From Chloroflexota bacterium (GTDB taxonomy: Bacteria; Chloroflexota; UBA11872; VXOZ01), in assembly GCA_964291655.2 (NCBI GenBank), contig OZ219802.1, positions 2,304,001 through 2,368,000 on the forward strand: 64,000 nucleotides of DNA. The letters run 5' to 3'. Shown piece after piece: positions 1 through 9,954 of this stretch. Position 1 is the stretch's first letter. Each line of letters opens with the position of its first letter. Position numbers and translations under genes: made by a program. Under the pieces are notes generated by a model, which saw nothing but the letters and a program-made list of their open reading frames with translations, did no database searches and had not been told where the DNA came from.

Positions 1-1607
1 AAGGGGTAGGCATAGACGTAGAACGGCACGTGGATGAAGTGCGGAATATACGCCCACCAATGGCGGTAGTTTTCCGTCATCACCACCGAATCGCCGAACA
101 TGGCTGACTGCTGTTCCAGCCAGATCTCCCCGATGGTTTCCGTCGTAAGTTCGCCTTCGCTGCGGCGGCGCGTGTGCAGCCCATACTCGAACTGGTGCAT
201 CGCCGCCTGGCGAAAGACCGTGGCAAACGAATCCTCGATCTTCTGCGCCAGCAGCGTCAAGCGGACGCGAGGATCCTCGGTGCGCTCCATGAGCGCGTGG
301 AACGTGAGCATCTCCCCGAACGTACTCGCGAGCTCCGCTATAACCAGAGACGTATCGAATTCAAGATACGACTGTTGGCGGGAGAGGCGAGCATGGATGC
401 CGTGGCCGAGTTCGTGGGCCAGGGTCATCACGTCGCGCTGGTTGCCTGTGTAGTTCAGGAAGACGTACGGGTGCAGGCTGGGCAGGCAGGGCTGGCAGTA
501 AGCGCCACCCCGTTTGTTGGGCAAAACGGCGGCATCGATCCACTGCTTCTCGAAGAATTCTCCGGCCAATTTGCCCACCTCAGGGGAGAAGGCGTGGTAG
601 GCATCCAGCACCAGCGACTTGGCCTCGGCGAAGTCGACGCCGCCGTCCGGCGGGGGGAATACCGGCGCGTAGCGATCGTAGTCGTAGAGTTTGCGGTAGC
701 CGAGCATGCGGCGCTTGAGGGTGTAGTAGTCTGCGACGATGTCGTAGCGTTGCGTCACCGCGTCAAGCATGGCGTGGGCGGTGGCATCGTCAACCTCGTT
801 CGCTAGATTGCGCGACGACATCGGATCAGGGAATTCCCGCAGGCGGTCCTCGATGGCTTTCTCTTGCGCCGCCACGTTGAAGATGAAGGTCAGGATGTGG
901 GCGTCGCCTTGGAGCGCCTTCGTCATGGCAACCTGAGCGCGCCGCCGCACATTGCGGTCACCATGGTAGAGCAGCGCCAGCAGTTCGGTCTCGTTCATCT
1001 CTTTGCGCTCGCCGTCCAGCGTTATCGTCTGGCGCAAGCGGCTGGTGCGTTCGTCGAAGAGCCGTTGGAATGCGCTGATGCCGGTGAGCCGCTTCTCGGC
1101 ATCGAGCTTCTCCTCGGCTTCCGTGAGTGTATGTGGCGCAAAGACCCGCTCGTGTGCCAGCGAGTGCGCGTAGCGCGCGAGCGGCGGATGCGCCAGAATA
1201 CGTTCGGCAAAGCCATCGTCCGCCTGCCGCCACTCCACGTCGAAGAAGAGCAGCGTGTTCTGCACCGCGGTGACCTGTTCCTCCGTGCGCTGCAGCAAGG
1301 CCCCGTGCGCCGGGTCGGCCGTATCCACCGAGAAGACCAGATGCGCGAACATTGTGGCCTTGTGGCCGCCCATGAATATCCGCTCGATCTCTTCAACCGC
1401 CGCCAAGAACTCGTCCGGCGCAATGTCTCCTGAGGCAATGCGACCTTTGAAGCGTGCCTGGAACGCCTCAGCCTGCGCCAACGCCGCTTTGAAATCCGAC
1501 TCTATCGCGGGATCATCCGGCGCGGCGTAGAGGTCCGCCAGATCCCAACGCACAGACTCCGCGCCGGATTCATGTGACTCAGACGTCACCGATTGTGTTT
1601 CAGCCAC
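1..1607 (-). CDS. pepF: M3B family oligoendopeptidase F (3' end outside window)
   Basis: Not in ORF track. Manual translation from GTG 1607 gives MAETQSV..VRWDLADLY, the zinc motif TLAHELGH and WWAYIPHFIHVPFYVYAYP at the window edge, with the start and the edge motif in the same frame. Confidence 0.9.
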   Translation of the reverse strand, partial: MAETQSVTSESHESGAESVRWDLADLYAAPDDPAIESDFKAALAQAEAFQARFKGRIASGDIAPDEFLAAVEEIERIFMGGHKATMFAHLVFSVDTADPAHGALLQRTEEQVTAVQNTLLFFDVEWRQADDGFAERILAHPPLARYAHSLAHERVFAPHTLTEAEEKLDAEKRLTGISAFQRLFDERTSRLRQTITLDGERKEMNETELLALLYHGDRNVRRRAQVAMTKALQGDAHILTFIFNVAAQEKAIEDRLREFPDPMSSRNLANEVDDATAHAMLDAVTQRYDIVADYYTLKRRMLGYRKLYDYDRYAPVFPPPDGGVDFAEAKSLVLDAYHAFSPEVGKLAGEFFEKQWIDAAVLPNKRGGAYCQPCLPSLHPYVFLNYTGNQRDVMTLAHELGHGIHARLSRQQSYLEFDTSLVIAELASTFGEMLTFHALMERTEDPRVRLTLLAQKIEDSFATVFRQAAMHQFEYGLHTRRRSEGELTTETIGEIWLEQQSAMFGDSVVMTENYRHWWAYIPHFIHVPFYVYAYP

Positions 1608-1660
1608 TCTTAAATTGCTCCTATTGAATTGGATTTCACATTGCCACTAGTCAAACGACT

Positions 1661-3451
1661 CTACACCTTCAGCAGCGCCAGGAACGCCTCTTGCGGTATC
1701 TCCACCTGGCCGACCCGTTTCATGCGCTTCTTGCCCTCTTTCTGTCTTTCCAGCAGTTTGCGCTTGCGCGTGACGTCGCCGCCGTAGCACTTAGCGAGCA
1801 CGTTCTTGCGCAGCGCCGGAATCGTCTCCCGGCTGATGATGCGGCCGCTGATGGCGGCCTGCAAGGGCACCTCGAAGAGCTGGCGCGGGATTTGCCGGCG
1901 CAGTTCCATTACCAGTGCCCGTCCCACCTGTTGCGAGCGTTCGCGGGGGATGATGCTCGAGAGCGCGTCCACGGGCTGGCCGTTCACGAGGATTTCCAGC
2001 TTCACCAGGTCGCCGGGCCGCATGCCGGTTACGGTGTAGTCCATGCTGGCGTAGCCCTGGGTGCGGGTCTTCAGTTGGTCGTAGAAGTCGGTGAGAATTT
2101 CCGCGAACGGCACCTCGTAGCGCAGGATCGCGCGCCGTTCGTCCAGGTACTCAAGCTCCTTGAAGGCGCCGCGACGGTTCTCGCACAGTTCCATGATGGC
2201 GCCGATGTAACCGGCGGGCGTGATGAGACTGAGCTCAACCCAGGGCTCCTCGATGCGGTCGAGTTCCGATGGTTCGGGTAGCCGCGCCGGGGTATCCACC
2301 TCCACACTCTTACCGGCAGTCGTGACCGCCCGGTATTCGGTATTGGGCAGCGTGGTGAGGATTTCCAGGCCGTATTCGCGCTCCAGCCGCTGTTGCACGA
2401 TGTCCAAGTGCAGCAACCCTAAACAGCCGCAGCGAAAGCCGAAACCCAGCGCCGGGCTGGTCTCCGGCACAAACGTCAGCGCCGCGTCATTGAGCTTGAG
2501 CTTTTCCAACGCATTGCGCAGTGGCTCGTAGTCCTCGCTTTCCACCGGATAGAATCCCGCGAATACCATCGGCTTTGCCGGTTGATAGCCGGGGAGCGGC
2601 TGTGCCGCGGCCGCAGACGCCGCCGTGATTGTATCGCCAACCTGGCACTCCCGCAGCGTCTTGAGGCCGCTCGCAACGTAGCCCACCTCGCCGGTGGCAA
2701 GGCGCGTCTCCTTGACGAGCTGCGGCCGAAAGGTGCCGATCTCCATGGCTTCGGAGCGCGCCCCGGACTGCATCAGCAGTATCTCCTGGCCTGCCTCCAC
2801 GGCGCCTTCCACCACGCGCACGTAAGCGACAACCCCTTTGTGCAGATCATAGTGAGAGTCGAAAATCAGCGCGCGGGTAGCCGCCTCCTCAGCACCGGAC
2901 GGCGGCCCGATGCGCTCCACGATTGCTGCGAGCACTTCGTCGGTGCCCAGACCGGTCTTGGCGGACGCATAGATCATCTCTTCCCGCGTGAAGCCGAGAT
3001 TCTCCAATTCTGCCGCCACCATCTCGGGCTGGGCGCTGGGGAGATCGATCTTATTGATCACCGGGACGATGGCGAGGTCGTGATTGAGCGCTTGGTATAG
3101 ATTCGTTAGTGTTTGCGCCTCAATGCCCTGTGAGGCGTCGACAACGAGCAGCGCGCCTTCGCACGCCACCAGCGCCCGCGACACCTCGTAGGCAAAGTCC
3201 ACGTGCCCCGGCGTGTCGATCAGGTTGAGTTCGTACGTGGGGCTATTTTCTTCCGCATAGAGCATGCGCACGGCTTTGGCCTTGATCGTAATACCGCGCT
3301 CGCGCTCCAGCTCCATGGAGTCGAGCGCCTGCTCCACCACCTTGCGTGTGTCGATAGCACCGGTCTTCTCCAAGAGCCGGTCCGCCAGGGTGGACTTGCC
3401 ATGGTCGATGTGCGCGATGATGCAGAAGTTGCGTATGTACTGCTGATTCAC
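1661..3451 (-). CDS. lepA: Elongation factor 4 (LepA)
   Basis: IRNFCIIAHIDHGKSTLAD, DTPGHVDF, C-terminal KCYGGDVTRKRKLL. Confidence 0.98.
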   Translation of the reverse strand: MNQQYIRNFCIIAHIDHGKSTLADRLLEKTGAIDTRKVVEQALDSMELERERGITIKAKAVRMLYAEENSPTYELNLIDTPGHVDFAYEVSRALVACEGALLVVDASQGIEAQTLTNLYQALNHDLAIVPVINKIDLPSAQPEMVAAELENLGFTREEMIYASAKTGLGTDEVLAAIVERIGPPSGAEEAATRALIFDSHYDLHKGVVAYVRVVEGAVEAGQEILLMQSGARSEAMEIGTFRPQLVKETRLATGEVGYVASGLKTLRECQVGDTITAASAAAAQPLPGYQPAKPMVFAGFYPVESEDYEPLRNALEKLKLNDAALTFVPETSPALGFGFRCGCLGLLHLDIVQQRLEREYGLEILTTLPNTEYRAVTTAGKSVEVDTPARLPEPSELDRIEEPWVELSLITPAGYIGAIMELCENRRGAFKELEYLDERRAILRYEVPFAEILTDFYDQLKTRTQGYASMDYTVTGMRPGDLVKLEILVNGQPVDALSSIIPRERSQQVGRALVMELRRQIPRQLFEVPLQAAISGRIISRETIPALRKNVLAKCYGGDVTRKRKLLERQKEGKKRMKRVGQVEIPQEAFLALLKV

Positions 3452-3783
3452 TAAATGCGTGCTCGTCGTTATGCCATATACGGTTGGATTTCGGTTACAA
3501 ACGGGGCCCCAAGAGCCTGGTCTCCGCCGGTTCAGTGCTGCTTGAACGCGTGAGACCGCTCAGGTGCCATCGTTCATTGTATCAAATGACGAATTGAGAC
3601 CATCAAGCGATCCCGCCGCGGTGGCTGCCCGCCTGGTATCCGATCGCTATTGCCACGATGTGCGAAATGTTGCTCTCTTACCTGGGGCGCAAAAGTAATA
3701 TGGGCATATTTAGAACGTGCGCCGTGCAAGAGCGTATCGGGGGGCTTTGTGCCCACTGGGAGGCTGTAGGCGATAAGGCAGCG

Positions 3784-4851
3784 CTATCCTACGCTCCTGC
3801 TTGCCGTCGGTACCGCTGCACCATGCAGCAGATCGCGCTGGATGAGCAATTCGGCTGTGCGCACCGCATTGGTGGCTGCACCGCAACGGAGGTTATCGGC
3901 CACTATCCACATGGCCACGCCGTTCTCGTGGGAAACGTCGCTGCGGATGCGGCCAACGAGTACGTCGTCAGTGCCGGCTGCGTCGGTGGCAACCGGGTAA
4001 AGCCCTTGGCTAGGATCATCCACCACGCGCACGTCCGGTGTCCCTGACAGCACGTCGCGTACCTCAGCGGCCGTCATGGGTCGGGTGAGCTCCAGGTGCA
4101 CTGCCTCAGAGTGGCTGACCGCCACCGGAACGCGAACCGCGGTGCACGTAATCTTCATCTCCGGTTCGTGCATGATCCTGCGGGTCTCGTGCATGACCTT
4201 CCACTCTTCCTTGGTATAGCCGTCGTCGAGAAATGAATCGACTTCAGGCAGCACGTTACCCAGAATGTCGTGGCGGAAGATTTCCCGCGGCAGACTATCG
4301 CCATTGCCGGCGGCCTTGGCCTTGATTTGCTCATCCAACTCCACCACGGCATCACGGCCCCAGCCGGATACGGCCTGATAGGTATCGACCACCATGCGCC
4401 GGATGGGATTTACCTGATGAATAGGGTTGATGGCAATGACAAGCTGCATGGTGGTGCAGTTCGGCCCGGCGACAATGCCGTTGTGCCATGCCAGGTCGTC
4501 GTCGTTCACGCCCGCGATGACCAAAGGCACGTCGGGGTCCATGCGAAACGCGGAGGAATCGTCGATCACGGTTACGCCTGCGCGGGCAGCGATTGGCGAA
4601 AAGTGCCGGTTCGCGCCGGTGGCGGCGGAGGCGAAGAGGATATCCAGGTCGTCAAAAGAGTCCTCTGTGGTCTCTACTACGCCGATCTCCTTGCCGGCAA
4701 AGGCAACTGTCTTGCCTTTCGAGTTCGCCGAGGCGAGCGGGCGCAACTCCTTCACAGGGAATGCCCGCTCTTCAAGAATGTCGAGCAAGAGACGCCCCAC
4801 CACACCGGTGGCGCCAAGAACACCTACGTTGTAACCGTCGCTGTTTGCCAT
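3784..4851 (-). CDS. asd: Aspartate-semialdehyde dehydrogenase
   Basis: GATGVVG, PNCTT, YQAVSG, DNLRCGAATNAV. Confidence 0.97.
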   Translation of the reverse strand: MANSDGYNVGVLGATGVVGRLLLDILEERAFPVKELRPLASANSKGKTVAFAGKEIGVVETTEDSFDDLDILFASAATGANRHFSPIAARAGVTVIDDSSAFRMDPDVPLVIAGVNDDDLAWHNGIVAGPNCTTMQLVIAINPIHQVNPIRRMVVDTYQAVSGWGRDAVVELDEQIKAKAAGNGDSLPREIFRHDILGNVLPEVDSFLDDGYTKEEWKVMHETRRIMHEPEMKITCTAVRVPVAVSHSEAVHLELTRPMTAAEVRDVLSGTPDVRVVDDPSQGLYPVATDAAGTDDVLVGRIRSDVSHENGVAMWIVADNLRCGAATNAVRTAELLIQRDLLHGAAVPTASRSVG

Positions 4852-5094
4852 GCCTTTGTCCTACGTCCTACTAACCGTTACTCGTTTCTGCCCAATTGGA
4901 TGACCCTCTTTCCATGATACCAATAGAGGGTAGAATTCGCGCGGCTTTCGGTTTGAACATGGTGAACTTGCCCAAGTCGCTGGCCCGTGAGGACGCGAAT
5001 GTGCAATTCGATTCTTATGGACGCTGCGCCGGGGTTTGCGCACAAGGAGATGCTTCCGCACACGAGATCACACGGTGAAGGCCAGCATCGACTG

Positions 5095-5709
5095 TTAGCC
5101 GCGATCTGGCGTTCGGAGCACGTCCTTGACTGCAAAGGAGCAGTCGGGGAACTGTATGGGATGAACGATATCCTGTGCTGAGTGATGCAGGCGCTGTCGG
5201 TAGTACGCCGCGCCCTCTACCGGAATCGTCGGCTCACGGTATATTTCGATCTGGTCTTCAACCAGATTTACAATCCAAAACTCAACAATTCCAGCCGCTG
5301 CATAGAGTGGTATCTTTAGCCGTCGATCTTCTTCAAGACTGGTAGCAGCAACCTCTATCACGAGGAAAACCTCAGATGGCACTGGGTGACGTTCAGAGTA
5401 CGTGTCCTCCCGCTTTTCAGCAAGGGCGAGATCGGGTTCCGGTTCGGAGTTGCTATCAGGCAACCGGAGAGGATGCTGTGCACGCACCTGCGTGTGGCTG
5501 CCAAGCGCACCGAAAAACAACCCAAGCAGGCGATCGATGACCGCCACGTGACGCGGCCCCTCAGGACTCATACTGTGAAGCACTCCTTGAACAAGCTCGA
5601 CGTGCTCATCTTCGGCAAAGAATCCCTGCTCAATCAGCCAGTGGTATTCGTCTAAGCTCAAGGGTCTTACCGTCATCTGGCTGACGGTTGGTTCAACAAG
5701 CGTCGCCAC
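5095..5709 (-). CDS. Uma2 family PD-(D/E)xK endonuclease
   Basis: VELVQG, EPEPDL, LVIEVA..S..DR..K..LYA.AGI.EFWIVN. Confidence 0.9.
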   Translation of the reverse strand: MATLVEPTVSQMTVRPLSLDEYHWLIEQGFFAEDEHVELVQGVLHSMSPEGPRHVAVIDRLLGLFFGALGSHTQVRAQHPLRLPDSNSEPEPDLALAEKREDTYSERHPVPSEVFLVIEVAATSLEEDRRLKIPLYAAAGIVEFWIVNLVEDQIEIYREPTIPVEGAAYYRQRLHHSAQDIVHPIQFPDCSFAVKDVLRTPDRG

Positions 5710-5860
5710 GTGTTCTCTCCTTACGATCCCCAGTTAGCGCCAACCTCTCACCTCAGCAGCAGACTACCTAAGCGGGCCTAGAGTCAGCGCCGGCTCTTGC
5801 ACATTCAAACGCAATTGCGGCTGAGGGAGGCCCAGGAAACATCCTGCTGTCAATGCAAGA

Positions 5861-5887
5861 GTAGCACAGGTTTACTACCTGTGCTAC
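5861..5887. repeat. GTAG-type REP hairpin, possibly terminator after dapB
   Basis: GTAGCACAGG-TTTACTA-CCTGTGCTAC perfect 10-bp stem. Confidence 0.7.
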
Positions 5888-5910
5888 GAAGAACGCATCC
5901 TGAGGTTTCC

Positions 5911-6723
5911 TTACGTCAGTCCCAGCAACGCGTCCAATCCGTGGGTAAGGCCTTTCAACTCCGGCACCGCGCGCACGGCCATGAGTACACCTGGCACAAA
6001 TGATTCGGTGCTCGTCGAGTCCTGGCGGATGGTGAGGGTCTGCCCCAGACCGCCGAACACGATCTGTTGATGCGCTACCATCCCCGGCAGCCGCACGGCA
6101 TGGACGTTTATGCCGCCGTGCACGCCGCCGCGTGTGCCAATGAGAGTCTCTTTCTCAGTCGGCACGGAGATGAAATCGCTGCCTCGCGCCTCCCGGATGT
6201 CAATGGCACTTTGCAGGGCCGTGCCGGAAGGGGCATCGATTTTGTGCTCGTGGTGATACTCCACGATGTCGCAGTAGTCCATGTGCTTGCCGATGAGCTT
6301 GCTGACATGCATCATGAGCACGGCGCTGAGGGCAAAGTTCGGCGCCACGACAAGCCCAACGTGGTTGGCTGCTGCCAACTCACCCAACTTCTCAATCTCG
6401 GAGATCTCCATGCCGGTGGTGCCGACCACGGCGTTGACACCGTGCTCGAGCGCCGTGCGCACGTTTACCCGCGCGGCATCCGCGCGGGTAAAATCTACAA
6501 TTACTTCAGGCTTAGCTCGCGCCAACATGGCCGGCATGTCCGTGTCGGTAGCGATAGTCTGACCGGAAGCGGTGGTAAGACCGTCATCCGCGGCGATGAC
6601 GTCCACGCCACCGACCAACGCAAGGTCGTCCTCGCGGGACACCGCGTTTGCAACGGTTGTCCCCACACGCCCGAAGATGCCGCACACGGCAACTCTTTGG
6701 GGCTCAGGACTCTTGGCTGCCAT
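5911..6723 (-). CDS. dapB: 4-hydroxy-tetrahydrodipicolinate reductase
   Basis: VDFT, VVGTTG, APNF, EYHHEHKIDAPSGTA. Confidence 0.97.
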   Translation of the reverse strand: MAAKSPEPQRVAVCGIFGRVGTTVANAVSREDDLALVGGVDVIAADDGLTTASGQTIATDTDMPAMLARAKPEVIVDFTRADAARVNVRTALEHGVNAVVGTTGMEISEIEKLGELAAANHVGLVVAPNFALSAVLMMHVSKLIGKHMDYCDIVEYHHEHKIDAPSGTALQSAIDIREARGSDFISVPTEKETLIGTRGGVHGGINVHAVRLPGMVAHQQIVFGGLGQTLTIRQDSTSTESFVPGVLMAVRAVPELKGLTHGLDALLGLT

Positions 6724-6729
6724 GACTCT

Positions 6730-9075
6730 CTACCACTTTCTCCCCGAGCTTCCCGATGAACCGTCGTTGCCCTCGTTTTGGGACGTATCGGGTTCACCGC
6801 CGCGGTCACGATCTCGCTCGGCTCCCGCGGGCGCGCGGTCTCGGTCTGCACCTGCAGTCGGGCGCTCGCGGTCAAAGCGTCGCGGGCCTCGGCCGCCGCG
6901 AGGCGGGCCGCGCCGATCGGATGATTGACCTCGTCCTCTATCTCCGCCGCCCCGTTCGCCACGGCTTGAAGGCGGGCGATCGGAGGGATGGCTTCCTTCC
7001 AACACCGCGCGGCGCGAAAGGTTCACGCGGCCCTGGTAATCAATCTCAACCACCATCACCATGACTTCGTCGCCGATGTCGGCAATGTCTTCGGCGCGTT
7101 CCACGTAGTCCTCAGCCAGTTCGCTCATGCGCACCAGGCCTTCGCGCCGGCCGTCGGGTAGCTTCACAAAAACGCCGGCATTCATGATGCGCGATACCGT
7201 GCCGGTAAAGATTGCGCCGACCTCGAGTTCGGTGGTCATATTGCGGATGGTCTCTACCGCCTTTTCGACACCATCCTTGGACTCGCCGGTCACGACGATG
7301 GTGCCGTCATCGGCAATGTCTATCTTCGACTCGGTCTCTTCTTGGATCTTTCGGATTATCTTGCCGCCGGGGCCGATTACGTCGCCAATCTTTTCCGGAT
7401 TAATTTTCAGCGACTCGAGCCGCGGCGCATAATCGGAGAGCTCGGTACGAGGTTCCGGCAGAGCTTCCGTCATCACGTTGAGCACCTCTAGGCGAGCGTC
7501 GCGCGCCTGCCCCAATGCCTGCTCCATGATGGCGAAAGTGATGCCCGTCACCTTGATATCCATCTGCAGCGCGGTGACACCCTTCGCGGTGCCCGCCACT
7601 TTGAAGTCCATGTCGCCGAGGGCATCCTCGATGCCCTGGATATCGGTGAGAATTGCGTATTCTCCTTCATCCCCCAATACCAGACCCATCGCGATGCCGC
7701 CTACCGGTGCTGAAATGGGAACCCCGGCATCCATCAGCGCCAGCGAACTGCCGCAGGTAGAAGCCATGCTGGTTGAACCGTTCGACGAAAGCACTTCGGA
7801 GACTACGCGAATGGTATAAGGAAACTCCTCCTGCGAGGGCAGCACCTGTGCGATCGCACGCTCGGCGAGCCGGCCGTGGCCGATCTCACGCCTGCGCGGC
7901 GATCCCAAACGTCCGGTTTCACCGGTGCTGAAGGGCGGAAAGTTGTAGTGGTGCATGAACGGCCTGGAATCTGCGATTTCGAGACCGTAGAGCGGCTGGG
8001 CGTCGCCAATCGAGCCGAGCGTTGTAATGCTCAGCGCTTGGGTCTGACCGCGCTGGAAAAGTCCGGTGCCATGGGTGCGGGGCAGCACGCCAACCTCGGC
8101 GGACAGCGGCCGGATCTCCGCCGGGCCGCGTCCGTCGGGACGCTTGCCCTCATGCAAGATTTCGTTGCGTACGTGCTTCTTGACGGCAGACTGCACCGCG
8201 TCGGCCACGTGCTCTTGGCCGTGCTCCTCGCCCAGGGCTGCCACGGTGTCGGCGGTGATTGCCGAAAGCTGCTCCTCGCGCTCCGCCTTGTCCGGTCGCC
8301 CAAATGCCGCGGCGATCTTGTCCGCTACCTGCGCCTGCACCTGCGCGACGAGTTCGTCCGATGGGCCGTGAGGAACATACTCGTGCTTGGCCTTGCTGAT
8401 CTTGCTGATGAGCTCTTCCTGCATGGCGATGGTCTCTTGTAACGCCTCATGCCCGCGCTCCAACGCCGCGAGCATCTCGGTCTCGGGCAACTGGCCGGCC
8501 TCGGCTTCCACCATCATCACGGCGTCGCGGGTGCCCGCGATGACGAGATCGAGGTCGCTTTCTTCAAATTGGGACATCAGCGGATTGATGACGAATTCAC
8601 CATTGATGCGACCCACGCGTACCGCGCCTATTGGTCCGCCAAAGGGGATATCCGAAATGCAGAGCGCCGCGGACGCGCCGACAATGCCCATGACGTCCGT
8701 GGCATTTTCCTGGTCCGCGCTGAGGATGGTGATAATCACCTGCACCTCGTTGCGGTAGTCCTTCGGGAAAAGGGGCCGCAACGGGCGGTCGCACAGTCGC
8801 GCCGCCAGCACGCAATCGTCGCTGGGGCGCCCCTCACGCCGCAAGTACCCGCCGGGAATCCTGCCTACGGCGTAGTATTTCTCTTCCACATCTACGGAGA
8901 GAGGAAAGAAATCGATCCCCTCGCGGGGCTTAGAGCCCGTGACCGTGACCAGAAGTATCGTGTCGCCGCAACGGATAGTGACGCTGCCGCTCGCCTGCTC
9001 GGCAAACCGCCCGGTCTCGATGCTAAGCTCACGACCGGCGTGGTCTGCCTCTACCTTGTGAATCATACGATTCAA
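6730..9075 (-). CDS. pnp: Polyribonucleotide nucleotidyltransferase with R/G-rich C-terminal tail
   Basis: RREIGHG, SNGSTSMAS, GDMDFKVAG, KH and S1 domains. Confidence 0.98.
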   Translation of the reverse strand: MNRMIHKVEADHAGRELSIETGRFAEQASGSVTIRCGDTILLVTVTGSKPREGIDFFPLSVDVEEKYYAVGRIPGGYLRREGRPSDDCVLAARLCDRPLRPLFPKDYRNEVQVIITILSADQENATDVMGIVGASAALCISDIPFGGPIGAVRVGRINGEFVINPLMSQFEESDLDLVIAGTRDAVMMVEAEAGQLPETEMLAALERGHEALQETIAMQEELISKISKAKHEYVPHGPSDELVAQVQAQVADKIAAAFGRPDKAEREEQLSAITADTVAALGEEHGQEHVADAVQSAVKKHVRNEILHEGKRPDGRGPAEIRPLSAEVGVLPRTHGTGLFQRGQTQALSITTLGSIGDAQPLYGLEIADSRPFMHHYNFPPFSTGETGRLGSPRRREIGHGRLAERAIAQVLPSQEEFPYTIRVVSEVLSSNGSTSMASTCGSSLALMDAGVPISAPVGGIAMGLVLGDEGEYAILTDIQGIEDALGDMDFKVAGTAKGVTALQMDIKVTGITFAIMEQALGQARDARLEVLNVMTEALPEPRTELSDYAPRLESLKINPEKIGDVIGPGGKIIRKIQEETESKIDIADDGTIVVTGESKDGVEKAVETIRNMTTELEVGAIFTGTVSRIMNAGVFVKLPDGRREGLVRMSELAEDYVERAEDIADIGDEVMVMVVEIDYQGRVNLSRRAVLEGSHPSDRPPSSRGERGGGDRGRGQSSDRRGPPRGGRGPRRFDRERPTAGADRDRAPAGAERDRDRGGEPDTSQNEGNDGSSGSSGRKW

Positions 9076-9116
9076 AAAACCCTTCCCGTGCCCCGCCTCA
9101 GCCCCAGATGTGGTTA

Positions 9117-9284
9117 GTGACTAGCAGATGCTGCTTCGCAAAGCTGCTGCTTCGCAAAGTCGCTGCTTCCTTGAAACGAAGCCGTTGTTGCGCACAGCCG
9201 CCGTTTCTCCAAGTCTCCGCTACGTTGCGTGCGGACTTTGTCTTGCAAAAACGCCGTTTCCCTGAAGCAGCATGTGCTAGTCAC
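9117..9284 (-). promoter_or_regulatory. Long stem in pnp 5' leader (candidate RNase III processing site)
   Basis: 21-bp inverted repeat 9117-9137 / 9264-9284 with 1 mismatch. Confidence 0.6.
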
Positions 9285-9393
9285 CAAATACTAACCCTGT
9301 CCCGCACGTGTCATTTGGACAAGCTGGTGGCCGGTGTTTGGCACGTAACTGAGAAAAATGTATTGGAGAAGATCACGTTTTCTTCCATTCTTC

Positions 9394-9423
9394 ACTATAG
9401 CGGAGCGCGGGATGCCATTTCAA
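9394..9423 (-). promoter_or_regulatory. Putative sigma70 promoter of pnp
   Basis: TTGAAA-N18-TATAGT on minus strand. Confidence 0.5.
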
Positions 9424-9579
9424 GGATGTGGTTCAAGTGAGGAGCCTACCTAGGACTCGGTGCAGGCCACGGGCACTTGCAGACAGAATGGTGGTATTGG
9501 CGCCAAGCCAAGGGTCACGCGCTACAAATCACCGTTCTCAAACCGGACGATCGGCGCAGGCTAACCACCACAGCAAGCC

Positions 9580-9601
9580 GCAGGTTACAAACCTGCGCTA
9601 C
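9580..9601 (-). repeat. REP family A (GTAGCGCAGGTTTGTAACCTGC)
   Basis: Identical copies at 12251-12272 (+) and 60402-60423 (+). Confidence 0.85.
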
Positions 9602-9954
9602 CGGCCGCGGGAGGAGCAACGTGCCTCGCGCTCGCCTCAGCAGTAGCGTGGAGATTTGGTTCCGGCAGAATTGAGTAGTGACAAACCAGAGACTTCCACA
9701 TGGTTCGGCTCGCAAAGTCGGCCCACGCTGCGGCAAGGGGTCCGCACAGCCCTCAGCAGCAACAGGTTTTCACCGCCTCCGTGCGCCCCCGTATTGTTTA
9801 CTGGGCAGGACCTGAGCTTGTCGAATAGTCAAAGCACACCCGGTTTTGTAGATTAAGACGTATACTGTTGGTGTAGATTCCTGCCTACTGTTGTGTCTCA
9901 ATGTGTAGGCTTCCTCCAATGGTGAACCAGGAGAAGGGAGTACTTTGACCTATC

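Noticed and set aside
100-1530. Plus-strand ORFs from the track (174-806, 864-1433 and others)
   Set aside because: Antisense shadows of the minus-strand oligoendopeptidase gene
4852-5094. Lysine riboswitch upstream of asd
   Set aside because: Consensus elements not found. Only an ACCCTCT/AGAGGGT hairpin over a possible -10
6730-6980. Novel domain at the PNPase C-terminus
   Set aside because: Low-complexity R/G/D tail, as seen in many PNPases
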